From the NCBI GenBank assembly GCA_047284725.1, contig JBJBEO010000001.1, positions 1,208,203-1,272,202 on the forward strand: DNA of 64,000 nucleotides, read 5' to 3'. The DNA comes from Synechococcus sp. (GTDB taxonomy: Bacteria; Cyanobacteriota; Cyanobacteriia; PCC-6307; Cyanobiaceae). Positions 1-11,446 of this stretch are shown piece by piece; position 1 is the stretch's first letter, and the number at the start of each line of letters is the position of its first letter. A program made the position numbers and the translations under genes. The notes beneath the pieces are model-generated. The model worked only from the letters and a program-made list of their open reading frames with translations. It was not told the DNA's origin and did not search any database.

Positions 1-54
1 CCTGATCAGACGGGTTCGTTCCTGGCCTGGGACGGTCAACCGATCCCTTGGTGA
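1..54 (+). CDS. 3' end of an SDR-family (C-factor/CsgA-like) oxidoreductase, partial
   Basis: Frame 1 reads PDQTGSFLAWDGQPIPW-stop, matching the typical 'G.F..WDG..IPW' C-terminus of C-factor-like SDRs; the gene begins before the window. Confidence 0.7.
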   Translation, partial: PDQTGSFLAWDGQPIPW

Positions 55-425
55 GCCCGTTGCTTCAACACCTCAAGAGGAATGATCTCGAGGGTGCTGG
101 CCTCTGTGGACTCGAGCCTGACGGGGGGAGCCATCCCATCGTCATGGGCCTGCTTCCAACGCGGTGCACAAACGCACCAGTGATCACCGGGCTTCAGACC
201 AGGGAAGCCAAAGGTTGGCACCGGGGTGGAGAGATCGTTGCCCTGGGCCTTGCTGTAGGTGAGAAAGCCTTCGGTCATGACGCAGCAGATGCTGTGTTGG
301 CCCAGGTCTGTCGGGTCTGTTCGACAACTTCCGTCTCGGTACCAACCGGTCATTGGTTCGCAGCTGCACGATTCAAGCGGTTGGCCAAGAACGTTGAGAA
401 CGCCTGTGCGAGAGGGGTTGTCCAC
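36..425 (-). CDS. DUF2237 family protein
   Basis: NVLGQPLESCS-PMTGWYRDGSC and GLKPGDHWCVCAPRW motifs. Confidence 0.9.
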   Translation of the reverse strand: MDNPSRTGVLNVLGQPLESCSCEPMTGWYRDGSCRTDPTDLGQHSICCVMTEGFLTYSKAQGNDLSTPVPTFGFPGLKPGDHWCVCAPRWKQAHDDGMAPPVRLESTEASTLEIIPLEVLKQRAHQGIG

Positions 426-542
426 GCTTCAACCAAAGGAATCAATGGATGGATTCTGCCTGATTAATGGCACATTGCGCGACAAGGTGGTTGACGGATC
501 CGGGGGGCGAGGCGTTAAAGGTCGATCAGTCATGCCCCCCCG

Positions 543-773
543 ATGGATTGGGAGTTCACTGAAGACGCCGCGTTCCTTGCGCTGTGCGATGCCTTCCGCG
601 AAAGCGGTGAATCGTCTGCGATTGAGTTTCTCGCCAACGGCGAGGGGGCCTTTCATTTCCAGGATCTGGCCCAGAATGCCGCTGGAGAAGGGATCGATCT
701 CAGTGAGTCGAGTGCCCTTGAGGAATTCCAGCAAGACGTGATTGAAACCATGGAAAAGCTCTGCGCGAACTGA
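543..773 (+). CDS. Small acidic conserved hypothetical protein
   Basis: 76-aa ATG ORF with protein-like composition (MDWEFTEDAAF...) filling the gap between two genes. Confidence 0.75.
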   Translation: MDWEFTEDAAFLALCDAFRESGESSAIEFLANGEGAFHFQDLAQNAAGEGIDLSESSALEEFQQDVIETMEKLCAN

Positions 774-834
774 GCTGATCTCCTCGCTTGCGTTTCAGAA
801 TGGTCCCAGTGGTGGTGCACTAGGACCGTTCCGA

Positions 835-1107
835 TCATCGGTAGAAAAAGTTGATCTCCTTGTCTTTCAGACCTTCCCAGCCTGCATCCATCAAGCGCTG
901 GTTCAGCGTGGATTGATCGAAATGCTTGGCGCCTGTGCGCACAATCCGGTTCCGCATCGATTTGCGAACCCCACTGCGCTTGCGCTGCCCTTCTTTGTCC
1001 ATCACCTCGCTGTAGAGGCTGAGCATGGCTTCAGGCAATGGGGATCCATCAAGGTCCATGCCTGCAGCGATGGCCTTGTCGATGGCATCGGGTCCGCTGA
1101 GATCCAT
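835..1107 (-). CDS. DUF4090 family cyanobacterial protein
   Basis: GPDAIDKAIAAGMDLDGSP and RSGVRKSMRNRIVRTGAKH motifs. Confidence 0.8.
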   Translation of the reverse strand: MDLSGPDAIDKAIAAGMDLDGSPLPEAMLSLYSEVMDKEGQRKRSGVRKSMRNRIVRTGAKHFDQSTLNQRLMDAGWEGLKDKEINFFYR

Positions 1108-1176
1108 GGCTGGTCACGTTTCTGCGTTCAGTCTGAAGCAGCAACCAACAGCCGCCTGTGAGGAATCACCTGCCGA

Positions 1177-4100
1177 TCAAGCGCTGAAATAGCGGGCCTT
1201 GCTGTGCAAGGCCACCAGGGCTGTCGTGCTCTGTTCAGGATGCAGTTGATCCGATTCATCCATGCTCAGTCCGATCCGTTCCGCATCGAGCCACTCCAGT
1301 TGCTGGCGGGAATCACCAACATTCGGGCAGGCGGGGTAGCCAAAGGAATAGCGACTGCCGCGATACCTCTGGGCCAGAACATCACGCAGCGCCATGGCCT
1401 CATCGTCTGCGAACCCGCATTCGCGACGGATGCGCGCATGGGTCCACTCAGCCAGGGCTTCAGCCATCTGCACCGCCAAGCCATGGAAGAAGAGGTAGTC
1501 GCTGTAGGCGTCTGCCGCAAACAACGACTGGCTGAAGCGGCTGGCCTCCTCCCCCATCGTGACCGCTTGCATGGGCAACACATCGGTTGGTCTCTCCTCG
1601 CTTAGATCGTTGAAGAAATCAGCAATGCAGTAGCGATTGCCGCTGCGTTGTCTGGGTAAGGCGAAGCGTCCAAGTTCCTGATTGGTCTCAGGACCGAAAA
1701 CCACAATGGAATTCCCCTCACGGCCGCAAGGGAAATAGCCATAAGCAACAGCTGGTTGGAGGAGGCCTTCGCTCCGGATGCGTTTCAACCACGCCTGAAG
1801 GACAGGCTCTGCTTTGGCTTCGAGTTCTGCCTCATAGTCTTGCCGCGACTGATCCTTTGCCTTCCGCATTTGCCACTGCCCGGCAAACAAGGCCTGTCGA
1901 TCGAGATAGCTCACGATTTCTTCAAACGGAATGGATTCAGCCGTGAGCAGCTTCGATCCGAGGAAGGGGGGCTTGACGGCCGCTTCGGCATTGACCACCT
2001 CAGATCGCTCTGTGGTTGCGGCGGAGTCATGACTGCCGTCGTTGCTGTCAGGGCTCTGTTCGTTGGACGATGTCTGGGAAGAAGCGTCGTGGTCTGTTTG
2101 TCCCTCTCCTCCGAGGCTTAATCCTTCCGGAGTTCCATTCGCAAAACCTTGGTGATCGCTCCAGCTGCCGTCAGCTTTTGCTTTCACGTACGCATCCATA
2201 AATCGTAAATCGGTAAAGGCGTCTCGTCCGTAAATGACCTTGCCCTGATACACCTCACTACAATCTTTATTGACGAAGCGAGGAGTCAGGGCCGCCCCTC
2301 CAAGCACCACGGGCACAGAGATTCCAGCTTCATTGAAGGCATGAAGATTGTCTTTCATGAAGGCCGTCGACTTCACCAGAAGACCGCTCATGGCTATGCA
2401 GTCTGCCTCATGTTTTTTCTGGGCTTCAATAATGGCATTGACATCCTGCTTGATGCCAAGATTGATCACTTCGTATCCGTTATTCGTCAAAATAATATCA
2501 ACAAGATTTTTGCCAATGTCATGAACATCCCCCTTCACTGTGGCTATCAGGAACTTGGCCTTGGCCGAACGCTCCCCTTCGCTCTTTTCCATGTGTGGCT
2601 CAAGAAATGCCACGGCCGCCTTCATTGTTTCTGCGGATTGCAGAACAAAAGGAAGTTGCATCTGGCCGGAGCCAAATAGCTCACCAACCACTTTCATGCC
2701 ATTAAGCAAGAATGTATTGACGATTTCAAGCGGCTGGTAAGCCTCCAGGCCTTGATTCAATGCGTCTTCAAGGCCAATGCGTTCTCCATCAATGATGTGT
2801 TGCTTGAGGCGCTCTTCCACAGGAAGATCAACAAGTGATGGTCCTGATGCCCGGGCATCCTTGGCACTGACACCCTCGAACAGGCCAGTCAGTTCAGTGA
2901 GGGGGTCGTAAACACAAACGTCACCTTCAAAGCGGCGGCGATCCTCAATCAAATCCCTGCAGACCTGCTGGTGCTCTTCGCTGATCTTGACGAGCGGAAG
3001 GATCTTGGCAGGAGATACGATTGCAGCGTCCATGCCGACTTCACAACAGTCGTGCAGGAACACGGAATTCAGGGTGATGCGTGCAGCAGGAGAGAGGCCG
3101 AAACTGACATTGGACACGCCGAGCACAACATGGACGCCAGGGAGGTCTTCACGGATCCGACGAATGGCCTCAATGGTCTCAATGCCGTTGCGACGATCCT
3201 CCTCAATCCCCGTTGAAATCGGCAGAGCCAGGGGGTCGTAGAAAATTTCCCTTGCTGGTATTCCGTACTCAACGGCAGCGCGATAGGCTCTTTTGGCGAT
3301 TTGCAGTTTTTTCTCTGCAGTTCGTGCCATGCCTTCTTCATCGATGGTGCCAACCACCACACCGGCTCCGTAGCGTTTAGCCAGTTCAAGCACCTTGAAG
3401 AATCGCTCGTCGCCGTCTTCAAAGTTTGTGGAATTGAGAATGCATTTTCCACCAGCCACCTTGAGGCCCGCCTCCATTTTCTGCCATTCGGTGGAATCGA
3501 GCATCAGTGGGAGGTTGATGTTGGTGACCACACGGGACACCAGCTCTTTCATGTCCCGTTCACCGTTGCGGCCGACGTAATCAACGTTGACGTCGAGAAC
3601 GTGGGCGTTCTCTTTCACCTGGCCACGCGCGACAGCCACCAGACCATCCCAGTCTTCGTCGTTGAGCAGGTCGCGTACCTTCTTCGATCCACTGGCGTTG
3701 AGACGTTCCCCGATGATCAGGAAGGAATTGTCCTGGTGGTAGCTGGTGGCTCCATAGATGGAGGCTGCAGAGGGTTCGTATCCAAGGGCTGCGCGTTCGA
3801 GGTGAGAGCGACGGTTCTGACGCGCTGCTGGCTTGAGCTCCTCGGAAAGCTCCGCCAGCGCTTGAATATGGGACGGTGTGGTTCCACAACAACCACCGAT
3901 CACCTGGACGCCAAGATCCTCCACGAAGTGCATCAACTGCATCTTCAGTTCGATCGGCTTCAGCCGGTAATGGGCGACGCCTCCAACGTTTTCTGGGAGT
4001 CCGGCGTTGGGAATGCAGCTCACCACAAAGGGAGAATGCTCTGACAGATAGCGGATGTGTTCTTTCATCTGCTCAGGCCCGGTGGCGCAGTTGAGGCCGA

Positions 4101-4794
4101 GGATGTCGATCGGGAACGGCTCAAGGATCGACACCACGGCTGCGATGTCGGAGCCGACCAGCATCGTTCCAGTCGTTTCCATCGTCACGGACACCATCAG
4201 AGGCCTGCTTTCGCCTCGTTTCTCAAAGGCATCCATCACTCCCTGCAGGGCTGCCTTGATCTGCAGCACGTCTTGGCAGGTCTCGATGATGAACAGATCA
4301 ACACCACCCACCAGCAGCCCCTCAGCCTGCTCCGTGTAGGCCTCTTTCAGCGTGTCAAAGGCAATGTGCCCCAGGGTTGGCAGCTTGGTGGTCGGTCCCA
4401 TGGATCCGGCCACAAACCGAGGCTTGATATCGGTGCTGTAGGCGTCAGCGACCTCTCGTGCCAGCTCGGCTGCTTTTTTGTTCAGCTCAAATGCCTTGTC
4501 TTCGAGACCGTATTCCGCCAGCACGATGGATGCTGCTCCGAAGGTATCCGTTTCGATCACATCGCAGCCCGCATCCAGGAACTGTCGATGCACGTTCTGC
4601 ACGGCGTCAGGCCGGGTGATCACCAGATTTTCATTGCAGCCCTCCAGATCGGCGCCGCCGAAATCGTCTGCACTGAGTTCAAGCTGCTGCAGTGAGGTTC
4701 CCGTCGCTCCGTCAAACACCAGAACGGGGCGTTGGGGTGAATGAAGATGGGTGAGGAAACGGGATGTCGCTGCACTGACCGTTCCGGCTGTCAT
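1177..4794 (-). CDS. metH: B12-dependent methionine synthase
   Basis: Hcy domain (FDGATGT, GLNC, GGCCG), pterin-binding domain, cobalamin motif DVHDIGKN, reactivation domain [10 protein letters not shown]; start 4794 or 4818. Confidence 0.98.
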   Translation of the reverse strand: MTAGTVSAATSRFLTHLHSPQRPVLVFDGATGTSLQQLELSADDFGGADLEGCNENLVITRPDAVQNVHRQFLDAGCDVIETDTFGAASIVLAEYGLEDKAFELNKKAAELAREVADAYSTDIKPRFVAGSMGPTTKLPTLGHIAFDTLKEAYTEQAEGLLVGGVDLFIIETCQDVLQIKAALQGVMDAFEKRGESRPLMVSVTMETTGTMLVGSDIAAVVSILEPFPIDILGLNCATGPEQMKEHIRYLSEHSPFVVSCIPNAGLPENVGGVAHYRLKPIELKMQLMHFVEDLGVQVIGGCCGTTPSHIQALAELSEELKPAARQNRRSHLERAALGYEPSAASIYGATSYHQDNSFLIIGERLNASGSKKVRDLLNDEDWDGLVAVARGQVKENAHVLDVNVDYVGRNGERDMKELVSRVVTNINLPLMLDSTEWQKMEAGLKVAGGKCILNSTNFEDGDERFFKVLELAKRYGAGVVVGTIDEEGMARTAEKKLQIAKRAYRAAVEYGIPAREIFYDPLALPISTGIEEDRRNGIETIEAIRRIREDLPGVHVVLGVSNVSFGLSPAARITLNSVFLHDCCEVGMDAAIVSPAKILPLVKISEEHQQVCRDLIEDRRRFEGDVCVYDPLTELTGLFEGVSAKDARASGPSLVDLPVEERLKQHIIDGERIGLEDALNQGLEAYQPLEIVNTFLLNGMKVVGELFGSGQMQLPFVLQSAETMKAAVAFLEPHMEKSEGERSAKAKFLIATVKGDVHDIGKNLVDIILTNNGYEVINLGIKQDVNAIIEAQKKHEADCIAMSGLLVKSTAFMKDNLHAFNEAGISVPVVLGGAALTPRFVNKDCSEVYQGKVIYGRDAFTDLRFMDAYVKAKADGSWSDHQGFANGTPEGLSLGGEGQTDHDASSQTSSNEQSPDSNDGSHDSAATTERSEVVNAEAAVKPPFLGSKLLTAESIPFEEIVSYLDRQALFAGQWQMRKAKDQSRQDYEAELEAKAEPVLQAWLKRIRSEGLLQPAVAYGYFPCGREGNSIVVFGPETNQELGRFALPRQRSGNRYCIADFFNDLSEERPTDVLPMQAVTMGEEASRFSQSLFAADAYSDYLFFHGLAVQMAEALAEWTHARIRRECGFADDEAMALRDVLAQRYRGSRYSFGYPACPNVGDSRQQLEWLDAERIGLSMDESDQLHPEQSTTALVALHSKARYFSA

Positions 4795-4832
4795 CGGAGA
4801 CCCACTTGATCGAGCCATCCTAGGCAGCAGGT

Positions 4833-5750
4833 TCAGTCGCCCAGATCCACACGGGTGACCCAGTGGGCGTAGTCGGGATCACGCCCTTCCGTGATGGCAA
4901 CAAGTTTGTTGCGCAGGGCGGTCATCACCGGTCGTTCTCCCGTCAGAGGGGTCGATTCCAACTGGCGTACAGGGGTGATTTTGGCCGCAGTGCCCGTGAG
5001 AAACACCTCATCGGCGATGAACAGCTCCGTCTTGTCCACGGGACGTTCGACCACGTCGATGCCCATGGCTTTCGCCAGTTCGATCACGCTGGCACGGGTA
5101 ATTCCCTCAAGGATGTCCTGATCCACCCCTGGTGTGATCAGCTGCCCATCGCGAACGATGAACAGATTCATGCCGCTGGCTTCACTCACCTTGCCTCGGC
5201 TGTTCAGCAGCAGCGCTTCATCGAAGCCGCTTGTCACTGCTTCTGTCTTGGCAAGCGAGCTGGTGATGTAAGCGCCACTGATCTTGCCTCTCAGGGGGAG
5301 CGAACGATCTTCCTGACGTGTCCAGCTGCTGATGCGACAGCTCACCCCCTCTGGAGACAGGTAATCACCGAGTTCGAGTCCATAGATCAGGAAATCGGTC
5401 TCGATGTTGTGCAGGCGGGGGGCAATGCCCAGGTCACTGGTGTAAACAAAGGGCCTCAGGTAAATCGGTGAAGACGGCTTGTTGGCCTTCAGCATCGCTG
5501 TGAGGGCGTCCATCACCTGGTCTTCGCTGAGATCAGCCAGGAGAAGCTTGGCGCTCTGGCTCAGGCGGCGCGCGTGGCGATCCGCCCGGAAGAGAAGCAT
5601 GCCGTTGGGTTGTCCCTTGTCTGGGATGGCGCGCATGCCACCGAAGGCTCCCGTGCCGTAATGCAGGGCATGGGTGGCTATCGAGACGCGTGCCCCCTCA
5701 AAAGGGACGCACCGGCCTTCAAACCAGGCGAAGGGTAGAAATTGATGCAT
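4833..5750 (-). CDS. ilvE: Branched-chain amino acid aminotransferase
   Basis: [41 protein letters not shown]; start placed at MHQFLPF (5750) to avoid overlap with cobN. Confidence 0.95.
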   Translation of the reverse strand: MHQFLPFAWFEGRCVPFEGARVSIATHALHYGTGAFGGMRAIPDKGQPNGMLLFRADRHARRLSQSAKLLLADLSEDQVMDALTAMLKANKPSSPIYLRPFVYTSDLGIAPRLHNIETDFLIYGLELGDYLSPEGVSCRISSWTRQEDRSLPLRGKISGAYITSSLAKTEAVTSGFDEALLLNSRGKVSEASGMNLFIVRDGQLITPGVDQDILEGITRASVIELAKAMGIDVVERPVDKTELFIADEVFLTGTAAKITPVRQLESTPLTGERPVMTALRNKLVAITEGRDPDYAHWVTRVDLGD

Positions 5751-5816
5751 GGCTGAGACGGCCGATGGCCAAATCTTCTCACCCATGGTCTCGGTGTCGC
5801 CGCCGACAATGGACGG

Positions 5817-8800
5817 ATGCATCGACTCAGCAGTCTTCCCGGAGGTGATTTCGACGCCGCCATCACGGTGGTGGAGCAACCTCCTGCACCGGTGCTGATG
5901 CTCACCAGTGCCGCCACAGATCTCTCCACACTGGCCTGCTGGCTCTCGTTACCGGAAGGGGACCCCTGGCGTGGGCGCATTCGCGCCTTGCCTTTGTCGA
6001 GCCTGCAGCACGCAGCTCAGGTGGATCACTACCTCAGCGTGACGGCCGCTGAGGCGCAGTTAATCGTTGTGCGCCTGCTCGGAGGTCGAGGTCACTGGTC
6101 GTATGGCCTCGATCAGCTTCAGCAGTGGCAGCAGAGGTCTCCCCATCGTCAGCTGCTGGTGTTGGCAGGGACAGCCGATCAAGACACCCTGCTTCACCCC
6201 CTTGGGTCGGTGCCCACGGCGCTGAGTGATCGACTGGCCCTGTTGATGCGGGAGGGCGGCCTTGAGAACCTGACGGTTGTGATGGGCGCCCTGGAGCAGG
6301 TCCTTACCGGTCAGACCACAGACCCTGCGCAACTTGTCCCCCAGGCGATTCCAGACCCCAGCCCCTGGGATTGGCAGCAGGAGCCAGGTCCCCGCGTTGG
6401 TGTTGTTCTCTATCGGGCCCACTATCAGGCCGGGGATCTGGCAATGGCGCAGGCGTTGCAACGGTGCCTGCGAGAGCGCGGTCTGGTGCCCCGCGCCGTC
6501 TGGGTCAGCAGCCTTCGGGATGGAGCGGTTCAGGAGGGAGTGCTGGATCTGTTTCAGCAGCAACAGATCGAGGTGGTGATCACAGCCACGTCCTTTGCTT
6601 CCGTGCAGTTCGAGCAGGCAGGGTTCGGTGCTCCCCTCTGGGATCGCCTTGACAGGCCTGTGTTGCAGCTGTTGAACAGCAGCCAACCCCGAGCCATCTG
6701 GGAAGACTCCGCCCGAGGGCTGGCCCCCCTGGATCTGTCGTTGCAAGTTGTTCTGCCTGAACTCGACGGCCGAATCACCACCAGGATCGGAGCGTTCCGT
6801 GAAGTGGATCAGCTCCACCCGACGCTTGCAACGGCAGTCCCGCGGTCAGTGCCTGACTCTGTTGGTCTGGCCTGGATCGCTGAACACACGCAACGTTGGA
6901 TCGATCTGCGTCAGACCCCCATCGATCAGCGTCGGATAGTGGTGGTACTGGCCAATTATCCGGTTCGAAACGGACGCTTGGCCAATGGGGTTGGACTGGA
7001 TACGCCAGCCAGCCTGTTCAATCTCCTGGGGTGGATGAAGGATGCGGGGTACGCACTGGTCGACCAGCCGCTTCCCGGTTCGAGTGACGACCTGATGCTG
7101 CGGCTGCTTGCAGGTCGCACCAACGATCCTGAAAGTCACCACCTTCCCCCGCTCACGCATCTGTCGCTGACCGACTATCAGGCCTGGTGGTCGATCATCC
7201 CCGAAGCATCGAGACGGGAGATTGAACAGCGTTGGGGGCCTCCGCAGGATGCTGAAGACCTCGAACCTCAGGGTTTTGCCATTCATGGTCTGCAGATGGG
7301 GAATCTCTGCGTGTTGGTGCAGCCCAGCCGTGGCTATGACCCGGATCAACTCAGTGATCTCCATTCGCCCGATCTGCCGCCGCCCCACCGCTATCTGGCG
7401 CAGTACCTGTGGATGCGCAAGGTGCATCGCACCCAGGTGGTGGTGCATCTGGGCAAACATGGCAGTGCTGAATGGTTGCCCGGTAAATCGGTCGGCCTGA
7501 GCCAGGCCTGTGGACCGGCGCTCGCTCTCGGTCCTGTTCCCCATCTCTACCCTTTCATCGTCAACGATCCCGGTGAAGGTTCACAGGCCAAGCGCCGGGG
7601 CCATGCCGTCATCCTTGACCACCTCACACCACCTCTTGGTCGTGCGGGTGTCCACGGTGAGATGGAAAGTCTTGAGGCTCTCCTGGATGAGTACGTTGAG
7701 GCCAACCAGCTCAATGCGGATCGCACGACCGAACTCAACCAGCAATTGCTGGCTCTGCTGCAGAAGCTGAACTGGCCTGGGCTGCCGCCACAGCTGGTAT
7801 CTGCCACCAGCATCGAGCTCGAGGCCATCGACAGTGACGTCTGGACGCAATGTCTTGATCAGGTTGAGGCGTACCTCTGTGAACTGAAGGAAGCACAGAT
7901 CCGCACCGGCTTACATCGTCTCGGCGCTGCCCCACCCCTCGATGCACTGGTGGAGTTGTTGGTGGCCATCAGTCGTGCCCCTTCGGCCGACCTGCCTGGA
8001 CTGACCCAGCGCCTTGCAGGCCTGGTGGGTCTGGGCATCGACCCCTGGGGCGACGAGGAGGGACTGCCTCTGAGCGAGCAGGATCAGCAACGTCTGCTTG
8101 ATCTGAAGGCTTCCGGCCATCGAAGGGTTGCCGATGCTGTGGCCTGGCTTGAGGACCAGGCCTCCACGTTGATCCTCTGTCTTCTGAAACCGAACGGCTG
8201 CGCTCCGGCAGGCCCCCTGAACGCCACCTTTGCGACGTGGATGGCCGAAGCAGACGATCCGGTTCTGCTGCAGTTACGCGACAACCTCATCCCACGATTG
8301 ACCTCCTCTGCGGAGCAGGAACGCAAGGGCATGCTTCGCCTCTTCGAAGGTCGACGCCTGGCCAGTGGGCCATCAGGTGCACCAACCCGTGGCCGTCCTG
8401 ATGTGTTGCCCACGGGTCGCAATTTCTATTCCGTTGATCTGCGCGGACTGCCGACGGAAGCGGCCTGGGATCTGGGGCGCCGAAGTGCTGAACGGCTTCT
8501 GGATCTTTATCTGCTCGAGGAGGGAGAACCCCTTCGTCACATGGCCCTTTCCGTGTGGGGAACTGCCACCATGCGCAACGGTGGGGAAGACATTGCCCAG
8601 TTGCTTGCCCTTCTGGGTGTTCGGCCGGTTTGGGACGGTCCCACACGGCGCATGGTCGACCTCGAGCTGATTCCTCTCTCATTGCTCGGTCGCCCCAGGG
8701 TGGATGTGACCTTGCGAATGTCTGGTCTGTTCCGTGACGCCTTCCCCCAGCTGATCGTCTGGGTCAACAGAGCTCAGGCACTGGTGGCGGGTCTGGATGA

Positions 8801-9614
8801 GCCTGAATCCATGAATCCCTTGGCCGCTCTTCATCGCCAGCAAGGTCATCAACCGAGGATCTATGGGTCGGCTCCAGGCGCCTACGGCGCCGGGCTGCAG
8901 GCTTTGATTGATTCAGGCCAATGGGAGGGGAGAGACGACCTCGGCGAGGCGTACTTGCAATGGAGTCAGTGGACCTATGACGGAGCCGCTGATCCAATCC
9001 AGAACCGCCAGGCACTGGAACGCAGTCTCGCCACGGTGCAACTTGTGCTGCATAACCAAGACAACCGAGAGCATGACCTGCTCGATTCCGATGATTACTA
9101 CCAATTCCATGGTGGACTGGCAGCAGCGGTCTCTCGGGTGCGCGGTGAGGCTCCCGCCCTCTGGTTTGCCGACCATTCCCGCCAGGAACGTCTCAGGATC
9201 AGACCCCTATCGGCTGAGATCGACAAAGTGATGCGCAGCCGCCTGCTCAATCCCCGCTGGATTGAAGGGATGCAGGAGCACGGTTACAAAGGCGTGTTCG
9301 AGATGGCTGCCAGCCTTGACTATCTCTTCGCCTATGACGCAGCAACCGGCGTTGTGCCGAACTGGTGCTACGCCGCCCTGCAGGACCACTGGCTGGATGC
9401 TCCTCAACGAAGAGAGTCTCTGATGCAACACAATCCCTGGGCTCTCAGGGATATGGCAGAACGGTTCTTGGAAGCGGCCAATCGAGGGCTCTGGTCAGAT
9501 GCTGATCAGAGCCGTTTGAATCGTTTGAAGGATCTCGTTCTCGCTGCTGAAGCAACTGTGGAGAACGGATCGATCACCCCGATCACTGGTTCAGACTTCG
9601 CACCATCGCCCTGA
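5817..9614 (+). CDS. cobN: Cobaltochelatase subunit CobN
   Basis: LPELDG, HLGKHGSAEWLPGK, NDPGEGSQAKRR, LPTGRNFY, DSDDYYQFHGG motifs; 1265 aa. Confidence 0.97.
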   Translation: MHRLSSLPGGDFDAAITVVEQPPAPVLMLTSAATDLSTLACWLSLPEGDPWRGRIRALPLSSLQHAAQVDHYLSVTAAEAQLIVVRLLGGRGHWSYGLDQLQQWQQRSPHRQLLVLAGTADQDTLLHPLGSVPTALSDRLALLMREGGLENLTVVMGALEQVLTGQTTDPAQLVPQAIPDPSPWDWQQEPGPRVGVVLYRAHYQAGDLAMAQALQRCLRERGLVPRAVWVSSLRDGAVQEGVLDLFQQQQIEVVITATSFASVQFEQAGFGAPLWDRLDRPVLQLLNSSQPRAIWEDSARGLAPLDLSLQVVLPELDGRITTRIGAFREVDQLHPTLATAVPRSVPDSVGLAWIAEHTQRWIDLRQTPIDQRRIVVVLANYPVRNGRLANGVGLDTPASLFNLLGWMKDAGYALVDQPLPGSSDDLMLRLLAGRTNDPESHHLPPLTHLSLTDYQAWWSIIPEASRREIEQRWGPPQDAEDLEPQGFAIHGLQMGNLCVLVQPSRGYDPDQLSDLHSPDLPPPHRYLAQYLWMRKVHRTQVVVHLGKHGSAEWLPGKSVGLSQACGPALALGPVPHLYPFIVNDPGEGSQAKRRGHAVILDHLTPPLGRAGVHGEMESLEALLDEYVEANQLNADRTTELNQQLLALLQKLNWPGLPPQLVSATSIELEAIDSDVWTQCLDQVEAYLCELKEAQIRTGLHRLGAAPPLDALVELLVAISRAPSADLPGLTQRLAGLVGLGIDPWGDEEGLPLSEQDQQRLLDLKASGHRRVADAVAWLEDQASTLILCLLKPNGCAPAGPLNATFATWMAEADDPVLLQLRDNLIPRLTSSAEQERKGMLRLFEGRRLASGPSGAPTRGRPDVLPTGRNFYSVDLRGLPTEAAWDLGRRSAERLLDLYLLEEGEPLRHMALSVWGTATMRNGGEDIAQLLALLGVRPVWDGPTRRMVDLELIPLSLLGRPRVDVTLRMSGLFRDAFPQLIVWVNRAQALVAGLDEPESMNPLAALHRQQGHQPRIYGSAPGAYGAGLQALIDSGQWEGRDDLGEAYLQWSQWTYDGAADPIQNRQALERSLATVQLVLHNQDNREHDLLDSDDYYQFHGGLAAAVSRVRGEAPALWFADHSRQERLRIRPLSAEIDKVMRSRLLNPRWIEGMQEHGYKGVFEMAASLDYLFAYDAATGVVPNWCYAALQDHWLDAPQRRESLMQHNPWALRDMAERFLEAANRGLWSDADQSRLNRLKDLVLAAEATVENGSITPITGSDFAPSP

Positions 9615-10134
9615 AGGGATCGATCGACCCAGGTTTCGCAGACCCTGCATTCGGGTTGGTCTCGTCTGCTTTTGGTGTCTGCTTCAGCTGGGCTTTGCGA
9701 GCCACAGGGGCTGCGTCAGCGGCCGCAGGGGTATTGGTGCTGCTGAGGGCGCTGCCCTTGAGGCGTTCCTGAAGTTCCTGCTTGCTCATCGCCTCGGCGA
9801 AGGTTTTTTTCACTGGCTTGGGCACGCCACCAGTGACAGAGGTGACCTTCTGGCTGCTTGTGGCTCCACCCAGACCTTCTGACTGAACCTCCACCTTGAG
9901 GTCCATGGCATCCACTTCCGTCACCAGCTCCTTACCGCCGGGGTTATCGGCGGTGCCAGGGAAGGTGCGGCGGATGGTCTTGGACTCCCGCATGTAATCG
10001 CGATCGCCGAGCGATGACGAGGAGTCGCTGTCAAGAAAGAAGGCTTCCTGCTGTTTCTCCGCTTTGGGCTTCTGTTGGGTGGAAGCGTTGTCGGGATTGG
10101 AGCCCGAGTTCAGCAGTCGATCAAAGAGGCCCAT
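9583..10134 (-). CDS. Conserved hypothetical protein
   Basis: 183-aa ORF, MGLFDRLL start, FFLD..SSSLGD.DYMR..KTIRRTFP block. Confidence 0.75.
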   Translation of the reverse strand: MGLFDRLLNSGSNPDNASTQQKPKAEKQQEAFFLDSDSSSSLGDRDYMRESKTIRRTFPGTADNPGGKELVTEVDAMDLKVEVQSEGLGGATSSQKVTSVTGGVPKPVKKTFAEAMSKQELQERLKGSALSSTNTPAAADAAPVARKAQLKQTPKADETNPNAGSAKPGSIDPFRAMVRSLNQ

Positions 10135-10162
10135 GCCCGGGAAGTCAGGTGCTTAAGCGAAC

Positions 10163-10819
10163 TTAGCGGCCTTTGAGGTCGTGACCGTGGGTGTCGGTTC
10201 CACACGTACGCAAAAGGCCAAGGTTCTTCAATTGCTGATCAATGCTTTCGCACACCATTGGCGTCGCCTGCCACTGCGATTGCATGTCGTAGTCGTACCA
10301 GACTTCCCCTCCATCGATGCCAATGGCAGCGGCCGCTTTGATCAACACATCGTGACCGAGTCGGTAGCGGGCTGGATGTGCCAGCACGGCGAGGCCCCCC
10401 GCGGTGTGGATGGCTTTCACCACAGCATCCGCACGAAGGGGCTCCCCCACGGCGGCATCACCCTGGTTGTACAAGCGCAGAGCCTGATGGCCCACTTCGA
10501 AGCCGAGGGCCAGCACATGCACCAGACACCCCTTGAGAAGACAACTGATCTCCATTCCCGTCCACAGCATGGGGACGGTCCGTCCCTGCTGCTTCTGTTC
10601 CTCGATCCAGTTCCGCATCGGCAGGAACGCAGCGGTGCTGTGATGATCGGTGACCGCCAGATGTGTCAAACCGATGTGCTGCGCCTGCTCAATGAGGGCA
10701 AGGGGGGACAGGCTGCCGTCACTGCACTGGGTATGACAGTGAAAGTTGAGGGTTCCTGGGCAACTGTCCGGTCCCACGCCCCTGAGGACAGGAATCAGAG
10801 GATGCGCTTCAGCTGGCAT
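10163..10819 (-). CDS. PHP-domain metal-dependent phosphoesterase
   Basis: FHCHT..SDG, AVTDH, GMEIS, LAHP, GTDTHG motifs; start set at MPAEAHP, overlapping the hemJ stop. Confidence 0.9.
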   Translation of the reverse strand: MPAEAHPLIPVLRGVGPDSCPGTLNFHCHTQCSDGSLSPLALIEQAQHIGLTHLAVTDHHSTAAFLPMRNWIEEQKQQGRTVPMLWTGMEISCLLKGCLVHVLALGFEVGHQALRLYNQGDAAVGEPLRADAVVKAIHTAGGLAVLAHPARYRLGHDVLIKAAAAIGIDGGEVWYDYDMQSQWQATPMVCESIDQQLKNLGLLRTCGTDTHGHDLKGR

Positions 10820-11399
10820 GGCCTTCAGCGTTGGTAATCGACTCCTGGCGGAGTCGTCTCCAACGCGCATAGAACTGAATCGATGCGGCCATGAACACCA
10901 CCAAAGCCACCATGAACCAGGTCGCAGCCCCCGTTGGGAACTGGTTTTTGAAGACCACCAGCATCACAACAATCACCAGCAGCAAGGTGGGCAGTTCATT
11001 CAGCGCGCGGAGCTGGCGACCATTCCAGGCACATTCACCCCGGTGGAGCTGTCCCATCAGCCGATAACAGAACCAGTGATAGGCAAGCAACAGCGCCACA
11101 AAGCCGAGTTTGGCGTGCATCCAGCCCTGTTGAAGCCAGCTGGGCTGGGTGATGAGCAGACCGACAGCCATGGCTACAGCCACCACCATTCCAGGGGTTG
11201 TGATGATGTTCGCCAAGCGACGTTCCATCAGGGTGTACTGCTCCTGAAACGGCTGCTTCAGTTGCTCGTCAAGATCATTGGCTTCCACGTGATAGATGAA
11301 CAGCCGCACCAGATAGAACAGGCCTGCAAACCACACCACTACGCCCACAATGTGGAGGGTCTTGAACCACAGGTACGCCTCGGGGGGCATGGTGATCAC
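10809..11399 (-). CDS. hemJ: Protoporphyrinogen IX oxidase HemJ
   Basis: WFKTLHIVGVVVWFAGLFYLVRLFIYH, MERRL, WMHAKL, LNELPT. Confidence 0.95.
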   Translation of the reverse strand: MITMPPEAYLWFKTLHIVGVVVWFAGLFYLVRLFIYHVEANDLDEQLKQPFQEQYTLMERRLANIITTPGMVVAVAMAVGLLITQPSWLQQGWMHAKLGFVALLLAYHWFCYRLMGQLHRGECAWNGRQLRALNELPTLLLVIVVMLVVFKNQFPTGAATWFMVALVVFMAASIQFYARWRRLRQESITNAEGHAS

Positions 11400-11446
11400 G
11401 GTTGTGTCTCTTCGGGCTGAATTCTGGCCATGACCTTAGGAAGCAC

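Noticed and set aside
2010..2120. Ser/Asp-rich insertion in MetH as a possible intein or mobile insert
   Set aside because: Short low-complexity linker between the cobalamin-binding and reactivation domains, with no intein terminal motifs
10163..10819. PHP domain as part of an anti-phage system (Ppl-like)
   Set aside because: Stand-alone short PHP with no fused or adjacent NTPase, coupled to hemJ
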